From: Anaerolineae bacterium
GTDB taxonomy: Bacteria; Chloroflexota; Anaerolineae; JACIWR01
Assembly (NCBI GenBank): GCA_024653325.1
Contig: JANLFX010000001.1
Location: forward strand, 10,228 to 74,227
Direction: 5' to 3'
DNA length: 64,000 nucleotides
The notes under the pieces are model-generated. The model had not been told where the DNA came from, made no database searches, and worked only from the letters and a program-made list of their open reading frames with translations. The position numbers were made by a program, and so were the translations under genes. This document shows positions 28,003-35,795 of the stretch, one piece after another; positions within the stretch are counted from its first letter, which is position 1; the number at the start of each line of letters is the position of its first letter.

Positions 28003-29577
28003 TCAGTCTGTGCTGGCGTTAGCTGTATGGAATAGGGCGTAACCGCCGCCGCGTTTGGTATGCAGAAACATTGGGCGTTTGGGATCGCGTTCGATCTTCT
28101 TGCGTAATCGGGAAACCAGGGAGTCAATGGCTTCATCTCCTACGTATTTTTCCTGGGGGTAGATGGCTTCGTAGATTTCCTGGCGGCTGCGAAAGACCCC
28201 TGGGGTCCGGTAGAGAAAGTGGAGGAAATCGAATTCCCGTTCGGTGAGGCCCTCGACCGTGCTTTCGCCGACGTAGATGCGGCGGTGTGCTTCATCTACG
28301 CGCAGGGGGGGAATCAGCCGCCCGAAACGTTTCTCGAATTCGTTTTCTATCTCAGGGAGCAGCCGATAGTTCAGCTTACTCCCCGGGTCTGGATTCTGCT
28401 GGCAGTGATGCTCCAGCAACAGGTGACCTAGCTTGAGCATGTTACGCGGTGAACCGTAGGCTCGCTCGACAAGCCACTGATCGAATTTGCCCCGACTCTC
28501 GGTGTCGGCAAGCTGGTCCATACTCTGGATCTTGCCTGCGCTGAACGCCATCAAGCGGGCCTGCAGCAGGTTTGTCAGGCCCTCGTCTGACCATTCGATG
28601 CACCAACTGGAGATCAGATCGGTGCGGAATAGATGTTGCTCTCGAAATGGTGAATACAGCACCTGGGGTAAGAAGAATTTGAAGGCCAATCCCGCCTGAG
28701 ATCCTGGGGCATCATTGGTATGCCGATGAAGCACGCGCAACTCGCGGGTGAGAGGACTCAGTACTTCGGTCAGAAAATCTGGGTTTTCGGCAGTCAGGTG
28801 GTGTTCGTCAATGCCATCGAGGAGCACGTACACGGCCCGCGCGCCGATGGCCTGGGCCAGTTCGGTCAGTTCATTGAGAAGTAAATGGGTAGGATCCGTG
28901 CTGGACGGGGATAGGGGGGCGGTATCCGCCAGGGTGAGCCATACTGCCATCTGGGTATCGGTTGGCACGTTCCCTGGTGGCAGAATCTCTCGCAGTTGCC
29001 TTTCCCGGATGGCCTGTTCGATGATTGTGATGTCCGCCTGAGTGTCTCGAGGTAACGCTCCCAGGGCGCGCAGGTGGCGCAATACCTGATAAGGGGAGAA
29101 CAGCGATGGATAGTAGTCCTGGACCAAGGCGCGCAGCAGGGCACGCTGCTCGATGGGCATCGCATAAAAGCGAACCGGTTCCTTGGTGATGGTGGTCCAG
29201 ATAGCGGCCAGGCCCGCACGTAAAATTTGCTCGAGGTGATGATGTAGTGAGACCGTTCCTGATAATTGGTCCAGCCAGCCGAAGTCAGTGTATGGCACGG
29301 CCAGAACCTCAGCAGACAGGTCATTGGGCAGGCATTCGCGCTGGATCATGAGTCGGCAGGCGGTTTTTCCTGCGCCACGGGCGGCGAAGACGAAGTTGGT
29401 GCGCGGATCTGCCGGGTCACCTACGATTTGATCAAAAAATGGAGGGCGAATGAAATAGGTTTTGAGTTCGGTTTCCCGCTCAGCCTCCACGGTCGCGAAG
29501 GGGTTTTGCCCGTTATGAAACCCTTGCTGGGCCAGCCATTTTTGCAGAGGACTTATAACTTTTGCTTGTCTGTCCAC
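28003..29577 (-). CDS. P-loop NTPase fused to a C-terminal OmpR/PhoB-type winged-helix DNA-binding domain
   Basis: 524 aa with a GTG start and AGGAGG SD. Walker A FAARGAGKTACRLM and Walker B VYVLLDGIDE. The C-terminal trans_reg_C-like segment is REFDFLHFLYRTPGVFRSRQEIYEAIY...GGGYALF. Confidence 0.65.
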   Translation of the reverse strand: MDRQAKVISPLQKWLAQQGFHNGQNPFATVEAERETELKTYFIRPPFFDQIVGDPADPRTNFVFAARGAGKTACRLMIQRECLPNDLSAEVLAVPYTDFGWLDQLSGTVSLHHHLEQILRAGLAAIWTTITKEPVRFYAMPIEQRALLRALVQDYYPSLFSPYQVLRHLRALGALPRDTQADITIIEQAIRERQLREILPPGNVPTDTQMAVWLTLADTAPLSPSSTDPTHLLLNELTELAQAIGARAVYVLLDGIDEHHLTAENPDFLTEVLSPLTRELRVLHRHTNDAPGSQAGLAFKFFLPQVLYSPFREQHLFRTDLISSWCIEWSDEGLTNLLQARLMAFSAGKIQSMDQLADTESRGKFDQWLVERAYGSPRNMLKLGHLLLEHHCQQNPDPGSKLNYRLLPEIENEFEKRFGRLIPPLRVDEAHRRIYVGESTVEGLTEREFDFLHFLYRTPGVFRSRQEIYEAIYPQEKYVGDEAIDSLVSRLRKKIERDPKRPMFLHTKRGGGYALFHTANASTD

Positions 29578-29661
29578 CGCTGTTGCCTCCTGGGTCTATC
29601 AATCCCCCTGCCTATTTGTATTCTACCATAGTTTACTCTTGGGGGCAATAGTGGTGGGCGA

Positions 29662-29686
29662 CTGGTTGCTGGTTACTGGTTGCTGG
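29662..29686. repeat. Tandem heptamer (CTGGTTG) x3.5 upstream of yhhQ
   Basis: The same heptamer array occurs in-frame inside the AddB-like CDS at about 781-805, where it encodes ISNQQPV. Confidence 0.8.
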
Positions 29687-29724
29687 AATTCTCCTTGACC
29701 AGCGTTTGGTTTTGGAGTAGAATA

Positions 29725-30441
29725 ATGACCATGAGTCAGGCAGAATCTTTTAGGTATCGTTATTTCGATCTGATCATGGCCCTGTTCGTTGCCGTGTTAT
29801 TGATCAGTAATATCGCTTCGGCGGCCAAGATTGTGAACCTGGGCTTGCCGGTACTTACTTTCGACGCTGGCACACTGCTTTTCCCGGTGAGCTACGTCTT
29901 TGGTGATGTGCTGGTCGAGGTGTACGGCTATCGCCATTCACGGCGAGTGATCTGGATGGGCTTTTTCTGCGCAGCCCTGCTCAGTCTGACGCTGGCCGTG
30001 GTACGCTGGTTGCCCGGTGACCCGCAGTGGATCAGCCAGGTGGGCACGGAGAAATTTGACGCAGTGCTGGGTACGCTGGCCAGCGGGCGGATTATCGTGG
30101 CCAGCCTGGTTGGTTATTTCATGGGAGAGTTTTCCAATGCGGTGATCATGGCCCGGATGAAGGTTCTCACGCAAGGCCGCTGGCTGTGGTTGCGTACTAT
30201 CAGCAGCACGCTGGTGGGCGAGGGGGTGGATACGCTGCTATTTGTGTGTATCGCTTTCCTCGGCGTATGGTCACCCGCGCTCCTGGTCAGCATTATCGTC
30301 TCCAACTACGTGTTCAAATGCGGTCTGGAAGCGGCGGTCACTCCGCTGACCTATCGGGTGGTTAATTTGCTGAAACGAGTTGAAGGGGTAGACGTGTACG
30401 ATGTGCACGTGGATTTCAATCCGTTCAGGTTGAGCGTGTGA
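29725..30441 (+). CDS. yhhQ: Queuosine-precursor transporter, YhhQ/COG1738 (DUF165) family
   Basis: ATG 29725 lies 7 nt after GGAG. Polytopic protein with the family motif FPVSYVFGDVLVEVYGY. Confidence 0.7.
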   Translation: MTMSQAESFRYRYFDLIMALFVAVLLISNIASAAKIVNLGLPVLTFDAGTLLFPVSYVFGDVLVEVYGYRHSRRVIWMGFFCAALLSLTLAVVRWLPGDPQWISQVGTEKFDAVLGTLASGRIIVASLVGYFMGEFSNAVIMARMKVLTQGRWLWLRTISSTLVGEGVDTLLFVCIAFLGVWSPALLVSIIVSNYVFKCGLEAAVTPLTYRVVNLLKRVEGVDVYDVHVDFNPFRLSV

Positions 30442-30450
30442 AGGATCAGC

Positions 30451-31416
30451 ATGTCTGAAGTGCAGGACCAGGATTATTTCCCAGAGGAAGCGGGTTGGCC
30501 AGAAGATCACCGTTCGGGCTTCGTAGCGGTTATCGGCAAACCTAACGTGGGCAAATCCACGCTGATGAACGCTTATTTGGGGCAGAAAGTGGCTATCGTC
30601 TCGGCCAAGCCCCAGACCACGCGGCGGCGCTTGTTGGGCATTCTGACTCGTCCCGAGGCCCAGATAATTTTCGTGGACACCCCAGGTATTCATCGGCCAC
30701 AACACAAATTGGGCGAGTTCATGGTCCAGACCGCGATCCAGGCTATCCCCGATGCGGATGAAATCCTCTTTGTGGTGGACGTTTCGACTCTGCCCGGTGA
30801 TGAGGATCGGCAGATAGCGGCCCTCATCGCTGAACACGAGCGCATTCCAGTTGTTTTGGCTTTGAACAAGATGGATCTATTGCCACCCGAGAAGGTGCAA
30901 TTGCACACCAATGCTTATTTTGATCTAGTTCGCTACGACGATTGGATGATGCTTTCCGCCACGCGGGGAGACAATCTGGACAAATTGATGGCCCGTATCA
31001 TTGCCCATCTGCCGCCTGGCCCGCGCTATTATCCGGAGGATCAGGTCACCGACCAGACTGTACGGGCCATTGCCGCTGAGCTTATCCGCGAACAGGTGCT
31101 ACGTTTTACTCACCAGGAAGTGCCTCACGCCGTGGCTGTCCTGGTGGATGAGTTCAAGGAACGATCCGCCAATCTGACCTATATTCATGCGACCGTGATA
31201 GTTGAGCGGGACTCACAAAAGGGCATCCTCTTGGGCGAAGGAGGGCGGATGATCAAGCGGATCAGCACGGCGGCACGCCAGGAGATCGAGCGGTTGGTAG
31301 GCACGCAGGTTTACCTGGAGCTATGGGTTAAGGTCTGGAAAAAGTGGCGCAAGGATGAGGCCGATTTACGGCGGCTGGGTTACGCCTTGCCCCAAGAGGA
31401 AAAATTCGGAAGATGA
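30451..31416 (+). CDS. era: GTPase Era
   Basis: G1 GKPNVGKST, G3 DTPGIH, G4 NKMD, and a C-terminal KH domain. Confidence 0.9.
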   Translation: MSEVQDQDYFPEEAGWPEDHRSGFVAVIGKPNVGKSTLMNAYLGQKVAIVSAKPQTTRRRLLGILTRPEAQIIFVDTPGIHRPQHKLGEFMVQTAIQAIPDADEILFVVDVSTLPGDEDRQIAALIAEHERIPVVLALNKMDLLPPEKVQLHTNAYFDLVRYDDWMMLSATRGDNLDKLMARIIAHLPPGPRYYPEDQVTDQTVRAIAAELIREQVLRFTHQEVPHAVAVLVDEFKERSANLTYIHATVIVERDSQKGILLGEGGRMIKRISTAARQEIERLVGTQVYLELWVKVWKKWRKDEADLRRLGYALPQEEKFGR

Positions 31417-31431
31417 GTCGCTGGATCATCA

Positions 31432-31460
31432 TTGACAAAGTGGTTGAAAGGGTGTATACT
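31432..31460 (+). promoter_or_regulatory. Consensus sigma70 promoter (TTGACA, 17 nt spacer, TATACT) for the fumarate hydratase operon
   Basis: -35 at 31432-31437 and -10 at 31455-31460, giving an about 160-nt leader before ATG 31628. Confidence 0.55.
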
Positions 31461-31498
31461 ACGCCCCGCTAACCGAAGCCTCAAAGGAGAGACGGTGC

Positions 31499-31585
31499 AT
31501 GGTGTTTGGTTCGCCCGAGACACTGGAGAGTCTAAGCGGGAACAACGGGTTGAGGGTAATGGGACATCTAAAGGCATGGTTTTAA
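31499..31585 (+). CDS. Candidate 28-aa leader peptide (MVFGSPETLESLSGNNGLRVMGHLKAWF) in the fumA leader
   Basis: Strong SD AAGGAGAG 7-8 nt before ATG 31499. The stop TAA at 31583-31585 lies in the loop of the downstream terminator hairpin. Confidence 0.35.
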   Translation: MVFGSPETLESLSGNNGLRVMGHLKAWF

Positions 31586-31610
31586 GCCTGTGTGGTGTCC
31601 CATTTTTCTT
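31558..31610 (+). terminator. Leader terminator/attenuator hairpin (AATGGGACA...TGTCCCATT followed by TTTTCTTT)
   Basis: About 10-bp stem with one mismatch and a U-tract, located between the promoter and the fumA start. Confidence 0.5.
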
Positions 31611-31627
31611 TCGATTGAGGAGGGGCC

Positions 31628-32476
31628 ATGGTGCGGGAGGTCAAGACAGAGATAATCACCAGCGAGGTTGCTCGACTGTGTGTCGAGGCTTGTTATTATT
31701 TGGGCGATGATGTGCTGGCAGCGCTGAAGAAGGCGCGGGCGAACGAGCCCTCACCGGTGGGCCAGGCCGTGCTCGATCAAATCCTGCAGAACGCGGAGAT
31801 CGCCAGTCGCGGAGAGCTGCCCCTGTGTCAGGACACGGGATTGACGGTGGTGTTCCTGGAGCTGGGCCAGGAGGTGCACATCGTCGGCGGCAGCCTTTAT
31901 GAGGCTATCCAGGAAGGAGTGCGCAAAGGGTACAGGGAAGGCTATCTGCGCAAATCGGTGGTGGAAAAACCCTTTTCAGCGCGGATCAACACCGGCGACA
32001 ACACTCCGGCTGTGATCCATACCGAGATTGTGCCCGGCGATCGTCTGAAAATTACCGTCGCTCCGAAGGGGGGCGGCAGCGAGAACATGAGCTATCTCAG
32101 GATGTTCTCCCCGGCGGCCGGGCGGCAAGGAATCATTGATTGGGTGGTCGAATGTGTGGATAAGTCCGGCGCTAATCCCTGTCCGCCGATCATCGTCGGT
32201 GTGGGCATCGGCGGAACGATTGAGCAGACGACATTGATCGCCAAAAAGGCTCTGCTACGTCCCGTGGGACAACCCCATCCCGACCCGGAAGTGGCGGAGA
32301 TGGAGGCGGAGATTTTGGAGCGGGTGAACAAGCTGGGCATCGGGCCGCAGGGCCTGGGTGGGCGCACGACGGCTCTGGCGGTGCATGTGGAGACGTTTCC
32401 CTGTCACATCGCCAGTATGCCCGCGGCGGTGAACATTCAATGCCACAGCGCCCGGCACAAAGAGGTGGTGATTTAG
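31628..32476 (+). CDS. Class I (Fe-S) fumarate hydratase, alpha subunit (FumA/TtdA N-terminal-type)
   Basis: Motifs CQDTGLTVVFLELGQ, KGGGSENMS and GVGIGGT. Confidence 0.8.
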   Translation: MVREVKTEIITSEVARLCVEACYYLGDDVLAALKKARANEPSPVGQAVLDQILQNAEIASRGELPLCQDTGLTVVFLELGQEVHIVGGSLYEAIQEGVRKGYREGYLRKSVVEKPFSARINTGDNTPAVIHTEIVPGDRLKITVAPKGGGSENMSYLRMFSPAAGRQGIIDWVVECVDKSGANPCPPIIVGVGIGGTIEQTTLIAKKALLRPVGQPHPDPEVAEMEAEILERVNKLGIGPQGLGGRTTALAVHVETFPCHIASMPAAVNIQCHSARHKEVVI

Positions 32477-32485
32477 GAGGAGACG

Positions 32486-33046
32486 ATGGCTGCGATTGAG
32501 ATTACGACTCCGTTGACCGACGAAGTAATCGAGCAACTCCATGCTGGCGACAATGTGTTGATCACAGGCACCATCTACGTCGGGCGCGACGCGGCGCATA
32601 AGCGTCTGGTGGCCGCGCTGGACGCCGGTGAGGAATTGCCCTTCGACCCACGAGGCCAGATCATCTACTACATGGGACCGTCACCGGCTCGTCCGGGGCG
32701 GCCTATCGGTTCTGCCGGACCGACGACCAGTTATCGTATGGACCCCTACGCACCGCGCCTGTTGGAAGTCGGTCTCAAGGGGATGATCGGCAAGGGGAAC
32801 CGCTCTCAGCCCGTGCGAGAGGCGATGCAGAAGTACAAGGCGGTGTATTTTGCGGCTATCGGCGGGGCTGCGGCGCTCATCGCCAATTCTATCAAGGAGG
32901 CCGAGGTCATCGCGTATCCGGACCTGGGGGCGGAGGCACTGCGTCGCCTGCGGGTAGAGGATTTCCCGGCGGTGGTGGTCAATGATATTTATGGCAACGA
33001 CGCTTACGAGATGGGGAAGGCGCAGTACAGAGAAGTGGATGGTTAG
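32486..33046 (+). CDS. Class I fumarate hydratase, beta subunit (FumB/TtdB C-terminal-type)
   Basis: 186 aa with NVLITGTIYVGRDAAHKRL and a swivel beta/beta/alpha domain. Separated from the alpha gene by 9 nt. Confidence 0.8.
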   Translation: MAAIEITTPLTDEVIEQLHAGDNVLITGTIYVGRDAAHKRLVAALDAGEELPFDPRGQIIYYMGPSPARPGRPIGSAGPTTSYRMDPYAPRLLEVGLKGMIGKGNRSQPVREAMQKYKAVYFAAIGGAAALIANSIKEAEVIAYPDLGAEALRRLRVEDFPAVVVNDIYGNDAYEMGKAQYREVDG

Positions 33047-33079
33047 GTGGTCGGATTGGGGGCTTAAGGAGAGAGGCGG

Positions 33080-33487
33080 ATGAGAGTTAAACTTTCGGCG
33101 ATGAGGGTGCGCAATGATCTGGTGCGCCGCATCGAGGAACTCAGCGGGCAGGACTTGCTGGCCTGTTATCAGTGCGGGAAGTGCTCGGCGGGATGCCCGG
33201 CAGCCTTCGCCATGGACCTGCTGCCCAGCCAGGTGATCCGCCTGGTGCAGTTGGGTCTGGTGGAAGAGGTGTTGAACGCGAAGACGCCCTGGTTTTGCGC
33301 GGCTTGCCAGACCTGTTACGCGCGTTGTCCCAAGGGGGTGGACCTCTCGCGCATCATGGAGGCCATCCGGGAGATAGCTTTGCAGGAGCGCGGCGATTAC
33401 CTGGTCATCGAGGAAATCCCCGCCGAGGAGCTGGCCGAGTTCCCGCAACTAGCCTTTATCGGCGGCTTCCGCAAGTACACGGCGTAG
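33080..33487 (+). CDS. hdrC: Heterodisulfide reductase subunit C-like (two 4Fe-4S binding motifs)
   Basis: CYQCGKCSAGCP and CAACQTCYARCP. Confidence 0.8.
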   Translation: MRVKLSAMRVRNDLVRRIEELSGQDLLACYQCGKCSAGCPAAFAMDLLPSQVIRLVQLGLVEEVLNAKTPWFCAACQTCYARCPKGVDLSRIMEAIREIALQERGDYLVIEEIPAEELAEFPQLAFIGGFRKYTA

Positions 33488-33590
33488 GGGTTTCAAGTTC
33501 AAGGTTTCAGGTTTCAAGTTCGCTACCAAACCTGACCTGTAACTTGAAACCTATAACTTGAAACCTGAAACTATAACTAACATGGGTGGA
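33488..33590. repeat. Palindromic repetitive element (GGTTTCAAGTT / AACTTGAAACC units) between hdrC and hdrB
   Basis: The left half GGTTTCAAGTTCAAGGTTTCAGGTTTCAAGTT mirrors the right half AACTTGAAACCTATAACTTGAAACCTGAAAC. Its k-mers (AACCTGAAAC, CAGGTT, CAAGTT) are shared with the in-frame insert at 36484-36614. Confidence 0.7.
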
Positions 33591-33598
33591 GCGTATCA

Positions 33599-34462
33599 AT
33601 GAGGATAGCTTATTTCCCAGGTTGTACACTGAATACCACGGCTAAGGGTTTCGATAACGCCCTGCGGGCTTCGTTTGCTGCTCTGGGGGCGGAGTTGGTG
33701 GAGCTGCCGGAGTGGAACTGCTGTGGGGCGACGTTTCCCTTGCTGGTGGATAACATGCTCGATCTGGTCGCGCCGACGCGGGTGTTGCTGGCCGCGCAAA
33801 GGCAGGGTGACCGGCTGGCCGTGGCCTGCACCATGTGCTACAACGTCATCCGCCGCACCAACAACCGCCTCCGGTCCGATGCCGACGCTCTGGAGAAACT
33901 CAACTACTTCATCGAAGCCGAATATCGCGGCGGGGTCGAGGTGCTGGACGTGTTGCAAATCCTGCGCGACGACGTGGGATTTGAAGCGGTCCAGGCGGCG
34001 GTGAAGAAGCCGCTGACCGGGCTCAAAGTGGCCGCCTACTACGGATGTATGGTTTTGCGCCCGCCAACCGAGGTGGCCTACGACGACCCCGAGAATCCCC
34101 ACGCTCTCGATGATCTGCTGCGGGCTTTGGGCGCGGAGCCGGTGGAGTGGCCGCACAAGGCCGAGTGTTGCGGCGCTTATCTGGCGGTGAAGTCGAAGGA
34201 GGCCACAGCGGAGATGAGTTACCGCATCCTCTCCTCGGCGCAACGGGCCGGGGCGCAGGCCGTGGTCACCAATTGCCCGCTGTGCCAGTTCAACCTGGAC
34301 AAGCAGCAGCTCGACATGGGGCGCCGGCACGGCGGGTATCAGCCCGTTCCGGTGTTGTATTTCTCTCAGTTGCTGGGCGTCGCCCTGGGCCTGGATACGG
34401 CGGATTTTGGCTGGGAGCGGCATTATGTGGATGTCCGTCCCCTGTTGGAGAGCCTGGGGTAG
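33599..34462 (+). CDS. hdrB: Heterodisulfide reductase subunit B-like (two CCG domains)
   Basis: EWNCCGATFPL and KAECCGAYLAV, with the conserved Cys spacing of CCG domains. Confidence 0.85.
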   Translation: MRIAYFPGCTLNTTAKGFDNALRASFAALGAELVELPEWNCCGATFPLLVDNMLDLVAPTRVLLAAQRQGDRLAVACTMCYNVIRRTNNRLRSDADALEKLNYFIEAEYRGGVEVLDVLQILRDDVGFEAVQAAVKKPLTGLKVAAYYGCMVLRPPTEVAYDDPENPHALDDLLRALGAEPVEWPHKAECCGAYLAVKSKEATAEMSYRILSSAQRAGAQAVVTNCPLCQFNLDKQQLDMGRRHGGYQPVPVLYFSQLLGVALGLDTADFGWERHYVDVRPLLESLG

Positions 34463-34469
34463 GTGAAAA

Positions 34470-35795
34470 ATGGCTATTGCTCCGATCCAACGGGTACTGA
34501 TCATCGGTGCGGGCATCGCCGGCATGCAGGCCGCGCTGGACATCGCCAACGCCGGCTACGAGGTGGTGCTGGTCGAGCGTGAGCCGTCCATCGGCGGGCG
34601 CATGGCCCAGCTTTCGGAGACCTTTCCCACCCTGGACTGCGCGCAGTGCATCCTGACCCCGCGCACGGTCGAGGTGGGGCATCACGAGCACATCCGCTTG
34701 CGGACATATTCCGAAGTGGAGGCCGTTGAGGGCCAGTTGGGCGACTTCCGGGTGCGCATCCGTCGCCGCGCGGCCTACGTGAACTGGGAGGTATGCACCG
34801 GCTGCGGGCTTTGCCAGGAAAAGTGCCCGAAGAAGGTCATCTCCGATTTCGAGCGAGGTATTGGCCCGCGCAAGGCTATTTACACCTTGTCGCCCCAGGC
34901 AGTGCCCAACAAGCCGGTGATTGACCGCCAGAGTTGCATCTACTTCGAGCGCGGCAAATGCCGGGCCTGCGAGAAGTTCTGTCCCACGGGAGCCATTGAT
35001 TTCGAGCAGGAGGACGCCATCATCGAGGAACGGGTGGGGGCCATCATCGTGGCCACCGGCTACGACCTGTATCCGCTGTCGTTGCTGGGTGAGTACGGCT
35101 ACGGTGAGGTGCCCGACGTGATTGATAGCCTGGCCTTCGAGCGACTGCTTTCGGCCTCCGGGCCGACAGCGGGCCAGGTACGGCGTCCCTCCGACGGCGC
35201 AGAGCCGAAAGAGGTGGTGTTTATCCAGTGCGCCGGCTCGCGGGATCCCGAACTGCACAAGCCCTACTGCTCGAAAATCTGTTGCATGTACACGGCCAAG
35301 CACGCCATGCTCTACAAGCACAAAGTGCACGACGGCCAGGCCTACGTCTTCTACATTGACATCCGTTCCGCGGGCAAGCGCTACGAGGAATTCGTGCAGC
35401 GGGCGATGGAGGAAGAGCGCGTGCTGTACGTGCGCGGCAAGGTGAGCCGCGTCTTCCGCGAGAACGGCAAGGTCATGGTCTGGGGTACGGATACCCTCAG
35501 CGGGCAAAATGTGGAGGTGGCCGCCGATCTGGTAGTCCTGGCCCCGGCCATGGTGCCGAAAGCGGGATCGGACGTGGTGGCGGAGTTGCTGGACCTGGCG
35601 ACTGACGAACACGGCTGGTTCACCGCAGCGGAGGCGAACCTCCAGCCGGTGGAAACAAAACGAGCGGGAGTGTTCCTGGCCGGGGCAGCGGTGGGGCCCA
35701 TGGACATCCCGGAGACGGTGGCCCAGGCCAGTGGCGCGGCGGCGCAGGTGCTCAGCCTGTTCGCGCAGTGGGCGGAAAGGAACGGGAATGCGTAA
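34470..35795 (+). CDS. hdrA: HdrA-like FAD oxidoreductase with inserted ferredoxin domain but no N-terminal or C-terminal cluster domains
   Basis: GAGIAGMQAALDIANAGYEVVLVE is the FAD site. The inserted 2x[4Fe-4S] ferredoxin is CTGCGLCQEKCP...CRACEKFCP. CAGSRD...YCSKICCMY also present. Confidence 0.8.
   Translation: MAIAPIQRVLIIGAGIAGMQAALDIANAGYEVVLVEREPSIGGRMAQLSETFPTLDCAQCILTPRTVEVGHHEHIRLRTYSEVEAVEGQLGDFRVRIRRRAAYVNWEVCTGCGLCQEKCPKKVISDFERGIGPRKAIYTLSPQAVPNKPVIDRQSCIYFERGKCRACEKFCPTGAIDFEQEDAIIEERVGAIIVATGYDLYPLSLLGEYGYGEVPDVIDSLAFERLLSASGPTAGQVRRPSDGAEPKEVVFIQCAGSRDPELHKPYCSKICCMYTAKHAMLYKHKVHDGQAYVFYIDIRSAGKRYEEFVQRAMEEERVLYVRGKVSRVFRENGKVMVWGTDTLSGQNVEVAADLVVLAPAMVPKAGSDVVAELLDLATDEHGWFTAAEANLQPVETKRAGVFLAGAAVGPMDIPETVAQASGAAAQVLSLFAQWAERNGNA

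Noticed and set aside
29578-29724. preQ1 riboswitch upstream of the yhhQ-type queuosine-precursor transporter
   Set aside because: I looked for the preQ1-I hairpin plus A-rich tail (AAAAAACUA) and for preQ1-II features and found neither. The leader instead holds a heptamer tandem repeat and a TTGACC-17-TAGAAT box abutting the start codon.
31432-31710. 92-aa ORF from the ORF track covering the fumarase leader
   Set aside because: It starts at the promoter -35 box, upstream of the likely TSS, and runs through the terminator. The 28-aa uORF with a strong RBS is the more plausible translated element.
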